Positions 14,352-28,006 of a stretch of 64,000 nucleotides of DNA are shown in pieces (position 1 is the stretch's first letter; every line of letters starts with the position of its first letter). The DNA comes from Auanema rhodensis (lineage: Eukaryota; Animalia; Nematoda), in NCBI GenBank assembly GCA_964057225.1, contig OZ059895.1:18166001-18230000 (forward strand). The letters are read 5' to 3'. A program made the position numbers and the translations under genes. Under the pieces are notes generated by a model that worked only from the letters and a program-made list of their open reading frames with translations, was not told where the DNA came from and did no database searches.

Positions 14352-16801
14352 ATGAATTTTCAATTTTTTATACTTTTGCTTGCTTCGCTTTCGGGCTTAA
14401 ATGCTGTTTGTCCGGATGGATATAGAGAAAGCCATACCGGAGCCTGCTTCAAGATGTTAGCAAATAAAAAGTTAGTTTAAATTTATATAATTAACAATTT
14501 TGTCACTTTGACTTGTTTCAGATCATGGTTTGACGCCGAAAAATATTGTCAATCAGACAACGGACATCTGGCTTCTGTGCATAATGCTTTTGATTCAACT
14601 TTTTTGAATGGTAAGTTATAAATGCTACTAAACTAGGGAAATATTAACGCATATCTTATTTTTTTCATTTAGATTATGCAAATACTTTGAAGTGTGATAG
14701 TTACTACATTGGTGTCACTTGCGTTAACGGGGGATGTAGTTGGTCCGATGGTTCTGACTACAACTTTAACAATATCAACAGAGGTGACTCTACTACACAT
14801 GCCAACACAAAATTTCTGAATTATTTGAAAATATTTTTGAATTCCATAGTTTTTGGAATAACGCCAGTTTTTCCATTGACAATCCAATCCGTTGTAGGTA
14901 CGAATACCCCAACCAAGGAATATGGCTATCAGAACATGCTTACAAGTAAGTATTGTCTTCTATTTTAAAATACAAATTAAAGTTTTTAAATTGAAAATAT
15001 ATTATTTTAGAAACTTAACTGATATAAAACTTTTCTTGTTCTTGTTGTTTTATGTGAGATCTCATTATGTTTTCAGATAAGTGGAATTTGGATGATGGAA
15101 CTGATACATTATGTTTCGCATGTAATCATCCGAATGTCAATTTTGATTGTTTGGATTATAAAAATGCTGGAATGCACAGGTTTTCCTAGAAATATTTTTT
15201 GAATTAAATTATAAAAAATTTGATACAATTTTAGAATTTAGAGTTTTTCATAAATAAAAATAAAAATAAAATATTACAATAAATAATTTATTAGATATTG
15301 TTCTTAAAACATAACTTTTTCATAGAGAATCTCGAAAAACATAAAATGTTTCATAATATTAATTTTTTAAATTTAAAATTAGGTATTTACAGTGATGGAA
15401 TTTATCAAATTACTGTGAATGGTTCACAATATCAAGTATACTGTGATATGAACACTGATGGAGGTGGATGGACAGTCATTCAAAGGTTTTCTATTTTATT
15501 GTTTTTTTTAATTCTTTGATAATTGAAGACGACTGAATGGTAATGAACCGTTTTGGAACCGTAAATGGGCTGAGTATAAGGCAGGATTCGGTAACTTAGC
15601 TAGTGTATGTTACATGAGCTAAATAGCTTAAACTTGCGATTCTTATTTGCGTTATTCGTTTTCAGAATGGAAATTATTGGGCTGGTAATGAGTTAATTCA
15701 TCTTCTTACATCTGTATGTTTCATGATGAATAATTTTCAAGTTATTTCGTGCATATTTAGAAAACAAACACTACGAATCTTCGAATTGAGTTGCACGATG
15801 ATGGCACACCAGACTCACCATTTGCTAATGCTTATTGGTACAATATATATGATAAATTCCAGGTTTATAAATTACTTATCACTTAAGAAATATACCTCGT
15901 CAGAATTATTGATTTTTATTTCATATTGAACAAGATGATATAAAAGTTTTCCTGTTTAGGTTTCTGGAGAAGATGACCTGTATCGTTTGCACGTATCCCT
16001 GGACTGGCGCCATATTAACGGCAACGCATCTACTGGATGGTAATTTACTTCATTTCCTCCAAAAATATATAAAATTGTGAAAAAAAACGTCTTTAAAGTT
16101 CAAAATATGCAGAAGACTCGTCATAGCTAATGATGATTGATATAAAATTCATTTGATTGAAGCTGCTGAGTTATAGTACTTAATGAGAAATGAGGCAACA
16201 AGTGCTGTGTGAAAAGAGTGCTTTGTAATATATTTCTGATGAGCTTTACAAGCTATTGTGATGTTCTTGTCCTTATCTGTCCTCACGCTGTCATGATTTT
16301 TTTCTGCAAAATTTCAATTCATTTGATGTAAAATATGACGAAATTTAGGTATGATATCACATTTTCGACTGGTGCTCCATTTTCAACGGTTGATCGTATC
16401 AATGATCCGAAACAAGATTGTGTAACAAAGTATCAAATGGGGTAAGCTTTATTTGCGTATACATATATCTTTTGTTACTGAGTTCATAATGTGAATATAA
16501 AAATATCGGCGAAATGCAATATGACTTCCGCTAAATCTATTTTCATATCTTCCCATTTTGCTTAATAATTCAATATCTCTATGTCTGACCGTTTTAGAGG
16601 TTGGTGGCTCTACAACTGTGCATTGAGCTCATTGAACGGAGCATATACACCTCTTGATTGGTCAACCGGATACGGTTTGTATATGATGAAAAGAAGTACA
16701 AATATATATTTGTTTCAGGACTATTCTGGATTGTTGATGGAAATGATCGAGTAATACATCCACGACGAACACAGATGATGATCCGTAGATCTGTGGCGTA
16801 G
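14352..16801 (+). CDS. Secreted C-type lectin domain + fibrinogen C-terminal (FReD) domain protein
   Basis: Signal peptide [22 protein letters not shown] motifs: [33 protein letters not shown]. FReD motifs: [73 protein letters not shown]. About 13 GT-AG exons join in frame to TAG at 16799-16801. Confidence 0.92.
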
Positions 16802-17449
16802 CGTTAATAATAATTATAGTAAATGATACCATGTTCTTCATAGTGCTTAAACTATTTCCGTTTTTTCGCTTTCATTTCCTGATGTTTTCAAAGTTATTAG
16901 AAATTGCTGAACTATAAGGCTTGTACATCGTGCACACGAAAGAGCTTAATATGAGGATGAAGAAGCAGATATTAAGCTACCAAATAGAAGAAAATGTATT
17001 AATGAGAAAAAAAGGAATTAAAAATATTAACAGATCTCTATACATATATCCAAAAAAATATATAATTTTCAATCTGTTTTTTTCTACATTAAACTCATTT
17101 TCAGATGTCGTATATTGCAAGATAATATAATTTTTTATTCACTTTTCAATTTGGTTATTATTGAATCTTTGCTCGTAAGTTTTCAACGAAAGCTACATTA
17201 TGCTTCCGTGATGAACAGCATGTTCTCTCTGAACATTGAGTCCACTCCATATCCGACTTTTATTTTATTCTTAGTTTTAGACGGCGATGATGTGATGAAG
17301 TATTGGTACATATTATCTTTTTTTAAAATACGTTTTTTCTTCTATGAAACTTTTAGAGTTTGGTAATATAATTTTATTGGCTTATAAATAAATAGAAAGA
17401 TCCTAAAGGTTGAATAAACGTGACGATTAGTTGGTGACACAAACATGTC

Positions 17450-17522
17450 GATCTCGTGGTGTAGTGGTTATCACATCTGTCTAACACACAGAAGGCCGGC
17501 GGTTCGAGCCCGCCCGAGATCA
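17450..17522 (+). tRNA. tRNA-Val-AAC: tRNA-Val(AAC)
   Basis: Acceptor stem GATCTCG/CGAGATC+A, D arm GTGTAGTGGTTATCAC, anticodon arm TCTGT-CT AAC AC-ACAGA, T arm GGCGG-TTCGAGC-CCGCC. A TTTT run lies about 5 nt downstream. Confidence 0.97.
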
Positions 17523-20500
17523 TATGTTTTGGCTTTCTATTAAATTTTCTTAATGATAAAGGGAAACGAATATTATATGCATAGCTTAATGTTTGGAGAA
17601 CAGAATTAATTTAAAGGAAGAGACTTTCAATGCCCATAAAGCTAGTTAGGAATGTTGCCATTTTGATGCTTAATGTCGCAAAGCTTCTTCGAATTTTAAT
17701 CTTGATCTTTCATCCTTATATTATAGCTTATCAATAAGATTTCAAATAAATAATTTGATAAAAGTTATAATATATTTATGCGTAAATATTTTATAATATT
17801 AAGTATGTATATATAAAATAATCAAAAAAAAACATTTTTCTCTTTAATGTTATAGATGTTGTTCGAATAGTTCATACTTGCGTCAGATAGTTCATAAGGC
17901 ATTCAATTAGTATTTTTTCTTTTATTTCTAATAAATATATATGAAATAGAAAATGATTGGGTAATGCATGACTATTAAGCGCATTCAGTAATTGTTTTTC
18001 TTTTTGTTTTTGAAAGCTGATCAACGTCCATCATGCTGCACTTGACATCATCTCCAGGATGTGTTGCTGTCGCTAGCAACGCATGGGAATGAGATAGTTA
18101 AAGGTTCTTCCAGTGCTTGTTATTCTATGATCTTTATGTGAAAGATTAAGAATAATGTAGAAACGATTGAGCGTTTTCTATTTTTTTGAAAGCAGAATTG
18201 TGCACAAATTCACGGCATTTGAAGTAAAGGCCAGTTCACATGAGTCCAGTTGAATTCATCATCAACATCATCGTCATCTCAATATTTATGAAATAAAAGA
18301 GAAAAGACTGAATATATTATCCATATATGTAACCTAAACTAATTATATTTAATCTTTAATCAAAAAAAAAAGAGATCAATTTATGACTTATTAACATGTC
18401 TCATTCAGTTTATGAGCGAATTTATAAAAAATAGACTATTCAACTTTTTTTTTACCACATCAAGATAAGTAATTATATTATAATAACTATGTTTAATTTA
18501 ATATAAATATCAAACTAATCAAGTTAATATCATGAAATAATTGGTTCACTAACTTTTTTCTGTTTGTATTTCTTTTTTTTCCAAAATTAAAGATATAAAA
18601 GTAAACGTTTTCAAATAATTCTATTTTGAACCAATAAAACCTTCAATTTCAAACATTCTCTTATAGATATTTTATTATTTTTTCTTGTTATTCCAATTGT
18701 TAGCATTGAATTTTATTTGAGGCAATTAGTCTAAGGTAATACTGAAAGAAGCAGAAGCACTAGCTTTTTCTGGTACTACTCTGATATTCGTTGTACTAAG
18801 GCTTCCAGCAAGATGCCTAATGTTAGTAACAACTAAATTTTATATTTGTCTTATTTATTTTTGGCTGCAAAATGTTCCAGAAAATCTCATTTATTATATA
18901 TTTATATACATCTAATATTACTATTTTGTGATTGCATCATCAGAAGTGTAAGCTTTTATTGAAAATTGCTTCTGGCTTAGTCCAGCTCTTGACATCTTTA
19001 GTTTTGATATTCAATATTTAATTATAAGTTAAACCGGAAAAAATTTCGGATTTAATTGCTAAAAAATAGAAAAATTTCAGTTCATCCTTGACATTGAGTA
19101 AATTAGTTATTTGAAGTTCAAACGAATATAGTATAATGTATGTATGTCTAAATGGATATTAAAATAGATAAATAAGCTTTATTAGATAAAGATACATAGA
19201 TATTCTATTTTTCTTAGTTCATATGTGCTTTTTACATTGAAAAAAAGTTTATGACATCATGAATGTCTAATAGAAAAATGACATAATATTGCTATGCAGA
19301 TTCGTAATTTGATTGTATCGTTGAGAAGAAGAAGAAAAAAAACTGTTGTGATGAATGAACGCTGAAATCTAAATGGCTTGTATGTATAAAATGATGTAAT
19401 GCTGCAAATGATAACTGCAGATCCTGCAGAGCAATTCATTAGATGTAAAGCTGCAGATTCGAAGTTTATAGACATGAATATAAAATATAAAGAAAAAGTT
19501 TCTGTTTGTTTTTTTTATATTATTTTTTTTATATAATGCCGTCATTTATAACTACAAATTACTGTAAAATATGTAGAATTTATAGCTCAACTTTTTTTTT
19601 GTTTGTTTTTTTCATCGAAAGTGATAAAACCAAAAACGGAGACGAATTTTGAATAGTATGGCTATGAAAAGAACTTTTTTTAAGAAGTAAGAGAAAAAGA
19701 AAGAGAAGGAAAAAGAGAAAGAGAAATCGAGCTTTACTACAAATATAATAGATTAGATATTTCTATATTTTGGCTTCGATATACAAGTTCCGGCTACCGC
19801 ACTAACGGTCGTCAGAATAGAAAGAGCTCAAAAGAGAAAGAGATGAAGAGAACACATTGATAAAGGATTGAGATAATCAGTCAATCATTTTCAGCTTTTC
19901 AGCATAATATTTTTCTAACTTTTTTGACAACTGCCCACACTACCACCAATAATCCCAATGACTCATCAATTTGACCAAATGGCTACATCTCCTCAAGCCT
20001 TCATACTCTTATTTATTTTCTTCCATTTAATAAATACACTGCAATATTTGATTTTTTTTATTAAAAATAACTTACAAACAAGATAAAACATATGTTTTTT
20101 GATGATTTGAGCTGATTATCGTAAAGAAAATCCTTTTTTTCCTCAAAAAATCTTTTGACGTACCAATCCTTAAGCTGGACGACGATGATGCTCAGATTAT
20201 TGTAGGTCGTCGTCGTCAAGCCCATTCAACTTTTCAAAGTAAAATCCTCTTTTGAAATTCTATAGAGTTGAAATATTCTATTGAGTTTACATAATGAAGT
20301 ATATATGGTACTTGACAATCTTAAGAAAAGTTTAAGATTAAGCGAAATAATTAAATATCATATAGATTATTTTCACATTTTTTACCTAATTTTAGCAATA
20401 TGTCAAGTTCATTTTTCTAAAATTTTAACATTATATTCCTGTAAACAAGATTTATTCTTTTTTTTTCTGAAATTCTCTTTATAATCCCTTTCTCTGTATA

Positions 20501-23500
20501 CATCTCTCCTTATAAAAATTACTTATTGCAGCTCTTGTATTCTTCTTGAAACGTTTTTGAAAACTTTGCTCTATCATCTCTTCATCTTTCTTTTCCGTTT
20601 TTTTTTTTCAAATTTTTTCAAACTTTATGGAGAGATAGAAAAGCAGAAGCGGAAGTTTAATTTTTTTGATTCAGACAGTGACAACGATAAAATAAAAATT
20701 CCTGGAGCATCTTTGAACTTTAGTCTATAAATGAAACATGTATGTTTCAAACTATTTTTAGGGTAGTCTATGAATCATTTTAGAAGGAAAAAAACTAATT
20801 AAAAGTCGAAATTGACGATTTTTAATGATGAGGTGACGTAACAACGTGTAGTATGTAAATTAATACAATATTCAAGTACTCACGTGTATGTGAGATAGTT
20901 TATATGTTGCTACGTCATTTGATAATCCAGTAATAACGCAGAACGAATATCATTCCATATATTCTCTATATTCATCTTTCCTCTATCTTTTAATTTATCT
21001 GTTTCCCTCTTTATATATTTCTTTTCCTTTCTTGATTATCTCTCTTACACTTTCTCTCATATTCTCTTCCAATTTTATTCTCTTTTTCTTATTTTCTTCC
21101 TTACCCCATCCTTCTGCTTGCCACCTTTTCACCTTATTATAATAAGCTTTTCCTGTTATTTATCATTCTATACTTTGTCCTAATGCTAAGCATCTGAAAT
21201 ATGAAAGTTTATTTTCAATTCTTTTTTTTTCATTTTGAATCATCGTTTAATCATCTAGACAGTATTTCGTCTATATATTCCTCATTATCATGAAATTTCT
21301 CAAATTGACGTTATCAAAAGTAGAACGTTGTTGTTTGTTTCAAAATATGCTCATAATTTTGTTCATATTTGAAAATCATCAAATCAGGTGATGCTAAATC
21401 GTCATAATCATACACAGAACTCATCACAACATGTCCCAATATAGAAGCACTAAGTTGAACTGATAGTCAATGAATAGAAATAAGGAAAATATCATTGATA
21501 TACAAAATAGATATATATAGATTTATACATCTATTATATATGTATATATGTATAAAATATTAATTCTAATAAACAATGATAAACGAAGCATATCATAATC
21601 AGTACATGTATTTGTATTTTGTCAACTATTCTAGGTATTATATACCGAATCGGATCATATAATTAAACCATCTAAAAAAAACACATACGCGCACGCATAC
21701 ATACATTGCTCTCATCAAGCTTTCTTTTTTTTGCTTCTTCCAAAAGCTGATGCTTCAGACTGAAAAAGATTTGACCGAACATCATACTGAAGATAATCAT
21801 CTGCAAAAAAAAAACTAAAAGAGAAAAAAAAGAAAAAAAAAACTTAAATCATATCCATCCATACGAATACATAAATAGAATCGTGTTTGTACATAAATAC
21901 ATTTGAATATACAAACTGTTATGATACATTCGACGTCAGCAACTCTATTTTGTTGCTTCAAAAAATGGCAGATATTTTTATTTTTTTTTTCTAAATTTTT
22001 AATTCTACAAAAAATATAATTTATATTACGGACGATGATGACGACATCATCTTTTGAGTTATTATAAGGCAGGTGATTGATCACCGAATTACAAAAAAAA
22101 ATTGCAGATACAGCACAGATGAGGCACATATACAGACATATTTGAGAATACATAGACATATATAATAAAGTATTACTATATGTATGATCATGATTAACTT
22201 ATTTATCATTAATGCACATTCATTGAATCCTTTGGTTTCAGTTGCTCTTGTTCTTTTTCTCTCCAAATTCTTTTTCGTGCTGTTGGTTTCAATCTACCAT
22301 GCTTTCCGCATCGTCATCAAATCAGTCTGAACTCGTTAAGCTCATTAATTTTGAACAACAAAAATTGAAAATATATCAAATAGGCGGAAAAGGAGAACAC
22401 ACACATTGACTTTCATTTTTTGCTTTTTATTTCTATCTCTTTCTTTTTCTTGCTCTCCTTCTCTTGCTCTTTCTCTCTATTTCTTTCTTTTATCTCAATC
22501 TCTCTGTGTTTCTTGTTGTCTATTATCCATTTTTCAAATGTATTGAAGAATATCACTTTATGTAGCTATTTCAACTCGGTGTTTTCAATTTTTTAATATT
22601 ATATTTGAATGTTTACAGAAATAATCTAAATATAATTTTTATAATAGATAACAAACTAGCATAATAATATAATAAAGAAAAGAATAAAAAAAATCTGATT
22701 TTACTTCAGACAAATTTGAACAATTATATTTCGTAAACAGAACTTTTCTGCTTCGTGCTTCGTGCTTCTAGAATTATCATATGTATATCGACTCATCCGT
22801 CTATTAATGTTCAAAATCATTGTAAAAAATATCGACGACGTCGTTCTAGAATCAAACAAAGCAACAACAACATAAACAACGACAAACAAAAATTATTATG
22901 CAAGTTGTCCTTCCTGTTAGTTTAATATCTTTTAAGATTTTGTGGTATAAAGAAATATGCGATGAGAGAGTAACCTAAAAAGATTTCTTTAAGATTATCC
23001 CTTGTTTTGGTTGAATTTTGAATTAGCTTTACGTAAAATCTTCTTTATTCCTTATTTTCTTTCTGGTAATTTTCCACCTGTAATTTCCTCAATCTCTTCC
23101 TGTTTCCTTGTACGTTGACTTGTCTTCACCGAAACACACCTCTTCAATTTCGCTTCCTCTATTTTGATCTCCTTCTCTCTCTCTCTCTTTCTCTCTCTTT
23201 CCTCCTTTTTTCCAGTTTGCTTTTTGAAAGTCGTTTCCAACACTGGGTGTCTGAGCCATATATCGTTTTCAGTTGGGTAATTCAAGATATCAACAAAGAT
23301 GTCGTCAATGAGATTAAAGAAACATAAGATCCTTCGTTTCAATATCTGTTTTAGTATATTTCAAAGTATGAGCTAACAAAACGATGTATCAATTTCAAAT
23401 GATCTACAGAATGAGCCATAAATCTGAAATTTCTTTGCACAATCTAAAATCGAATTTGCTAATGATTTGTAGTATTAACATCATGACAACAAGTTTTCTA

Positions 23501-26251
23501 TATCATTTCAATCGGGTATGCTCATGCTACTTCAAAATCTTGCTTCCATAAATAGCTTGCTATAATCAAAAAGAAAATAGCGTTCTTTCGCATAATTCAA
23601 AAATAAAATTTTTGATTTGGGTCTGTTTGCAAGAAAATGTGTCAGGTAGATCATATTTTTCAAACTCACACAGATCTGAAAGAATGAAAAGCTGAAAAAA
23701 ATTAATTATTCTAACATACAATATACAACTATTATTTATTTCAATGTAGTATAATACTCTGATTAATTTATAATATATTAGCTTCATTCTTCTTCAATTG
23801 ATTATATACAGATATAAAAAAAATAATATTTGATAATTAAGATAGACTAAATCTTTCCGAGTCTATGCTGCTAGATTCTCAAAATCTTCTTCAAGCTTAA
23901 CAGTTGGGATACGGTGACAAGAGGAATTGCTTTCCAATTCGCGTTGCGGATAATTTAGACTTTCATTGTGTTTCAGGAACTAGCTTATAACTATATATGA
24001 ATAGCTTACATTCATCAAATAATTTTTTTTATGTGATAGAACAGTAGTAACTTCAATCAGATATCATAATGATTATAAGTTCTCAATATGTATTTCTATC
24101 TACATATTATAAATCATTTAGTTAACAACAGATGTTATATCAATCTGTTTTAATACTTGTAGTTTCTTCTTCACAATCATTTCAGAGAGCAAAAAAAAGA
24201 GAGAATGATAAAGAGAGAGAGAGAAAGAAAAGAGTAAAAATATTACGTCATTTTGGCCTTATATCGACTTTACTAAAAAAGCTTATTTTGAATTAACTGT
24301 TTTTCATTAGTGCGTGATGTATTTCATTTTATAAAATGGTCAAGGTCTATTTCTTTTTTATTTTCAGCCAAATCATGACTTAAATTCGCTATTGAACAAT
24401 CATGTACACACAGGGTTTTTTAGTTATAGTATGCAATTTCTTCGCGTCATTGTCAATTCTTTTCATTTAAGCTTCTTTTTTTGTTTCTTGTTAAACCTTT
24501 AACTTACAGGAAGAGAATAAGAGAATGAGAAAGAAAGAGAGAGAGAGACAAAGTGAGAAAGAGAGAAGGAGAGAAAGATAGAGTGAGAAAGGAAGGAACA
24601 AGATGAAACTTTTTTTGTCATTAAAGTTATGACAATTTCTTTGATTCAATGGTCAAACAGCAACTGATCACTTACGGTATTTTCTATATTTTTCTTAGAC
24701 AGTCATATACAAGACATATTGAAATATAAAAAAAATTAATTTTTACTTTTTTTGAATATTCATTTCTATTTATAAAACATGATCATGCTATATAGCGTCA
24801 ACGAAGCATCAGCATCAGGCAGCCACACATCATTTCAGGAAATTGAAATGCTGAGCAAAGGTTATCGATGAAAAATGAATCTTTTTTTAAAATTTTTTTT
24901 TAGATAACGTCAAATTACATACTCATACTTCTTCTTTAAATATTTATTTCATTCAGATGATATGTAGATGATATGTATATATACATATCTATAAATATAT
25001 TTTCATTTATATGTCTATCTATACGAATATGGATCATAGTAGACTGACTTTCAGTTTCTGCTCACCATCAATGTGTGCTGGATGAATAATTGTCTAATGT
25101 ACTGTCAAGTTTGTGCAATATCGCATTAGTTAGTATAGAATTCAGACAAGAAAAGTAAAAAAAAATGCATTCTTTTTCTTCTTAACTATGCAAATATTCT
25201 TAAATATCAATTATAATCTCATTTTTCTGTGTTTGCAACATAAAAAAAAAGTCGAAAATTCTTTTAATATATTGTACGAAATAGAAAGAAAATGTATGGT
25301 TTTTCACCTGGTACTCAGTACTACGAAGCTTCATCATCAAGATAGTTCATAATTTTGATAACAGGAAATACAAAAATAGATTTTTCTTTGGCGATTAATT
25401 AACTATTGGTATAGTTATTTAATTTTTTTTTATTCAAAGAGAACATAAATCAAATAGATTGAAAAAAAGGAAATATTATTTAAAAATTTATTTTTATAAC
25501 GCAATCTGATGAACGTAATTTCCTCAATTTTCCAATAAAAGATTTAAATTAAAATGTTTTTTTTTCTGTTTCTTCTACAAAATCTGACTTATGCTTTCTC
25601 TTTCTAAGTTTATGCTAATTATTCTTTTTATCTCTAACTCTCTCTATATCTCTCTTGCTATCACATTGTATTTCCTTTATATGCTGTATTCCTCTCTACC
25701 CGTTTCAGTCTCTCGCTCTTTCCTCTTTCTCTCATACTTCTTCGGTGCTTCAATAAGCGTGCCACGCCTCTTCTCAGATACAGATCTCTAAGGCGATGTT
25801 CAGCCACGCCCCATCTCGACGATGTAAAAGCCTAGTCAGTTTGCTTGATAACCAACCTGGAGACTACCACTTTTCCTCACACAAGCAGCTGACTTTCATA
25901 TTATAATTCATAACGTTTTGTTTCAGACTTCAGCTTCCTTTTTTTTGAATTCGCTTCTTACTTTTGCAGAAGCTTCACGTGTTATCACGTGAAAAATATT
26001 CTAATATTCATCAATTCTATGTCATTTATCTTTATTAGAACACTAAGAAGCGGTTGTTTTTCTCATTATTTAGTTATTCTCTTTTTTTTCTTACTTTATT
26101 TTTTTCTATTAACATATCCATATCATATAGTTATACATATATTATGATGTATTCTCTCTTTTCTGTTTCTTTTTCTATTTTATCATTCCGATTCTCTCAA
26201 TATATTATTTGATTCTGAAACTAGACCAATCTTCAAAAATCTTCTTTTAAC

Positions 26252-27364
26252 ATGTTATTGCAGCAGCACTTAGTTATGCATTCATCCAGTATCTCCCTCC
26301 TTTACCTCATTCTGATGTTCGACACAGCTCTATCACATCTGCAGGATGTTCCAAGCTTCGTAAGTTCATTTTGTTGTTTTCCGAATCATTCATACTATGC
26401 TCTTGAATGAGCATATAACCGCATCTCATGCAATTTATGCTTTTAAATTGTTTTATCATTCATCTCATCAAATAATAAAAAGCAAAAAAACGATAAAAGG
26501 AAACCGAAAACTTACTCGATTTTGTCCAGAAACTACCAAAAATATAATTGTAGTTTTTCATAAACAAAAAAAGTTGGAAGAAAATGAAGAGATGTAGCAA
26601 AAAAATTCAGCTTGTATAATTCAAATGCGTATTTATAGTTTTCATTTCTTTTTTTGTTTAAAATTATCTAACATATTTATTATTTTGTTTGAATAAGTAA
26701 TTAAAAACATTTTTTATTAAATAATCAAAAATACAATATATAAAATATTTATTAACATTCTAATTATATTCTCAGATATTTCTTTTTCCTTTTTTTCTTA
26801 TACCGTTCCCAAACTTTTCTTCTAACTTATTCGGAAAAAATGTAGCAAGTTTGCAGTTTGTCAATGTTTTTATGATCAGCAGATATTAAAATTCTAACTT
26901 ATCTTATGGATAGCTCTTAACAAATCTTGAATTTATTTTCAGATGACGGAATATAGACGTCCAGTTTGTCGTCCTGATCAGACATGCTCATACGATGCAT
27001 TGGGCTTAACATTCAGTCTATGTGACTGTCCACATCACGACTCGTGTCTGGAAAAGCATAGTTTGAAACATCAAAATACGGTTTACAGTGTAAGATCTTT
27101 AAGCATCTAATATTGATTCTCATTATTCTATAAATTTTTCAATTTTCTGATGTACTAAGAACTTATATTAATCAGTAAATATCAATTATTAGGTTTTAAT
27201 TTCAGTTCTGTCAGCCTTACCAACCACCCGTATGCTGGGAAAACGATGTTTCTGTTGTCGTTAGCGGAATTCAGACATCAATTCGTTGCATTTGTCCTGA
27301 AAAGTTCGCCATAAAACGAGATAAAGTACTTGAAAATGGAGATGTGGAATTCCGATGTGTTTCT
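26252..27364 (+). CDS. Secreted Cys-rich protein with Argos/giant-lens-like cysteine pattern (first 3 exons; 3' exon(s) not located)
   Basis: Exons 26252(or 26276)-26359, 26943-27089 and 27206-27364 have strong ttcag/gtaag sites, all in phase 0. They give a signal-like MHSSSISLLYLILMFDTALS, then RRPVCRPDQTCSYDALGLTFSLCDCPHHDSCLEKHSLKHQNTVYS|FCQPYQPPVCWENDVSVVVSGIQTSIRCICPEKFAIKRDKVLENGDVEFRCVS|. The gene is well supported; the family call is inferred. Confidence 0.75.
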
Positions 27365-27975
27365 GTAAGTTTGATTTTCATATCTTTCTTCTTCCCTCTC
27401 TTTCTCTATCTCTCTTTATTCCAACATCCCTATTATTTGTTATTACTTACTCAAGAACATATTAAATTTTATTTTGTGTTATCGCTTCAAATAGTACATG
27501 AGAGCATGACGAGATGTTGCACTGCTTTTTCTCATCTAGATTTCCGTATATTAGTTAGTAGAAATTGTCAATTAGCCTACCTAAATATTTATTTCTAAGC
27601 CAGTTGAATCGGCAAATGTCTTGATGCTCATAAATATAAGACTTTTTGATGATACAAAAGCTACTACTCAGCATATACGTTCTAGCTTTTTCATAACCAA
27701 AATCATCTTTGAAGTTAAGCTCAAGACTGTAGCATTGTTAACTCATGCTTATCCTCCCTAACAACAACAACATCTATTATAACATGAGTTACAGCACGTT
27801 GAAAATAAGAATTTTTAGCAATGTGAAATGTTATGTGATGATGTCAGCATATGATAGGAAGTAGATAATCTCTAAATGTTTCCTTATTGGGAAACTATCA
27901 TTTTAGAAATTGAGAGTATAGTATATATGTCGAAGAGAGAAAAAGGGAATAAAGAGAAAGATTGAGCGATATAGT

Positions 27976-28006
<31 letters not shown>

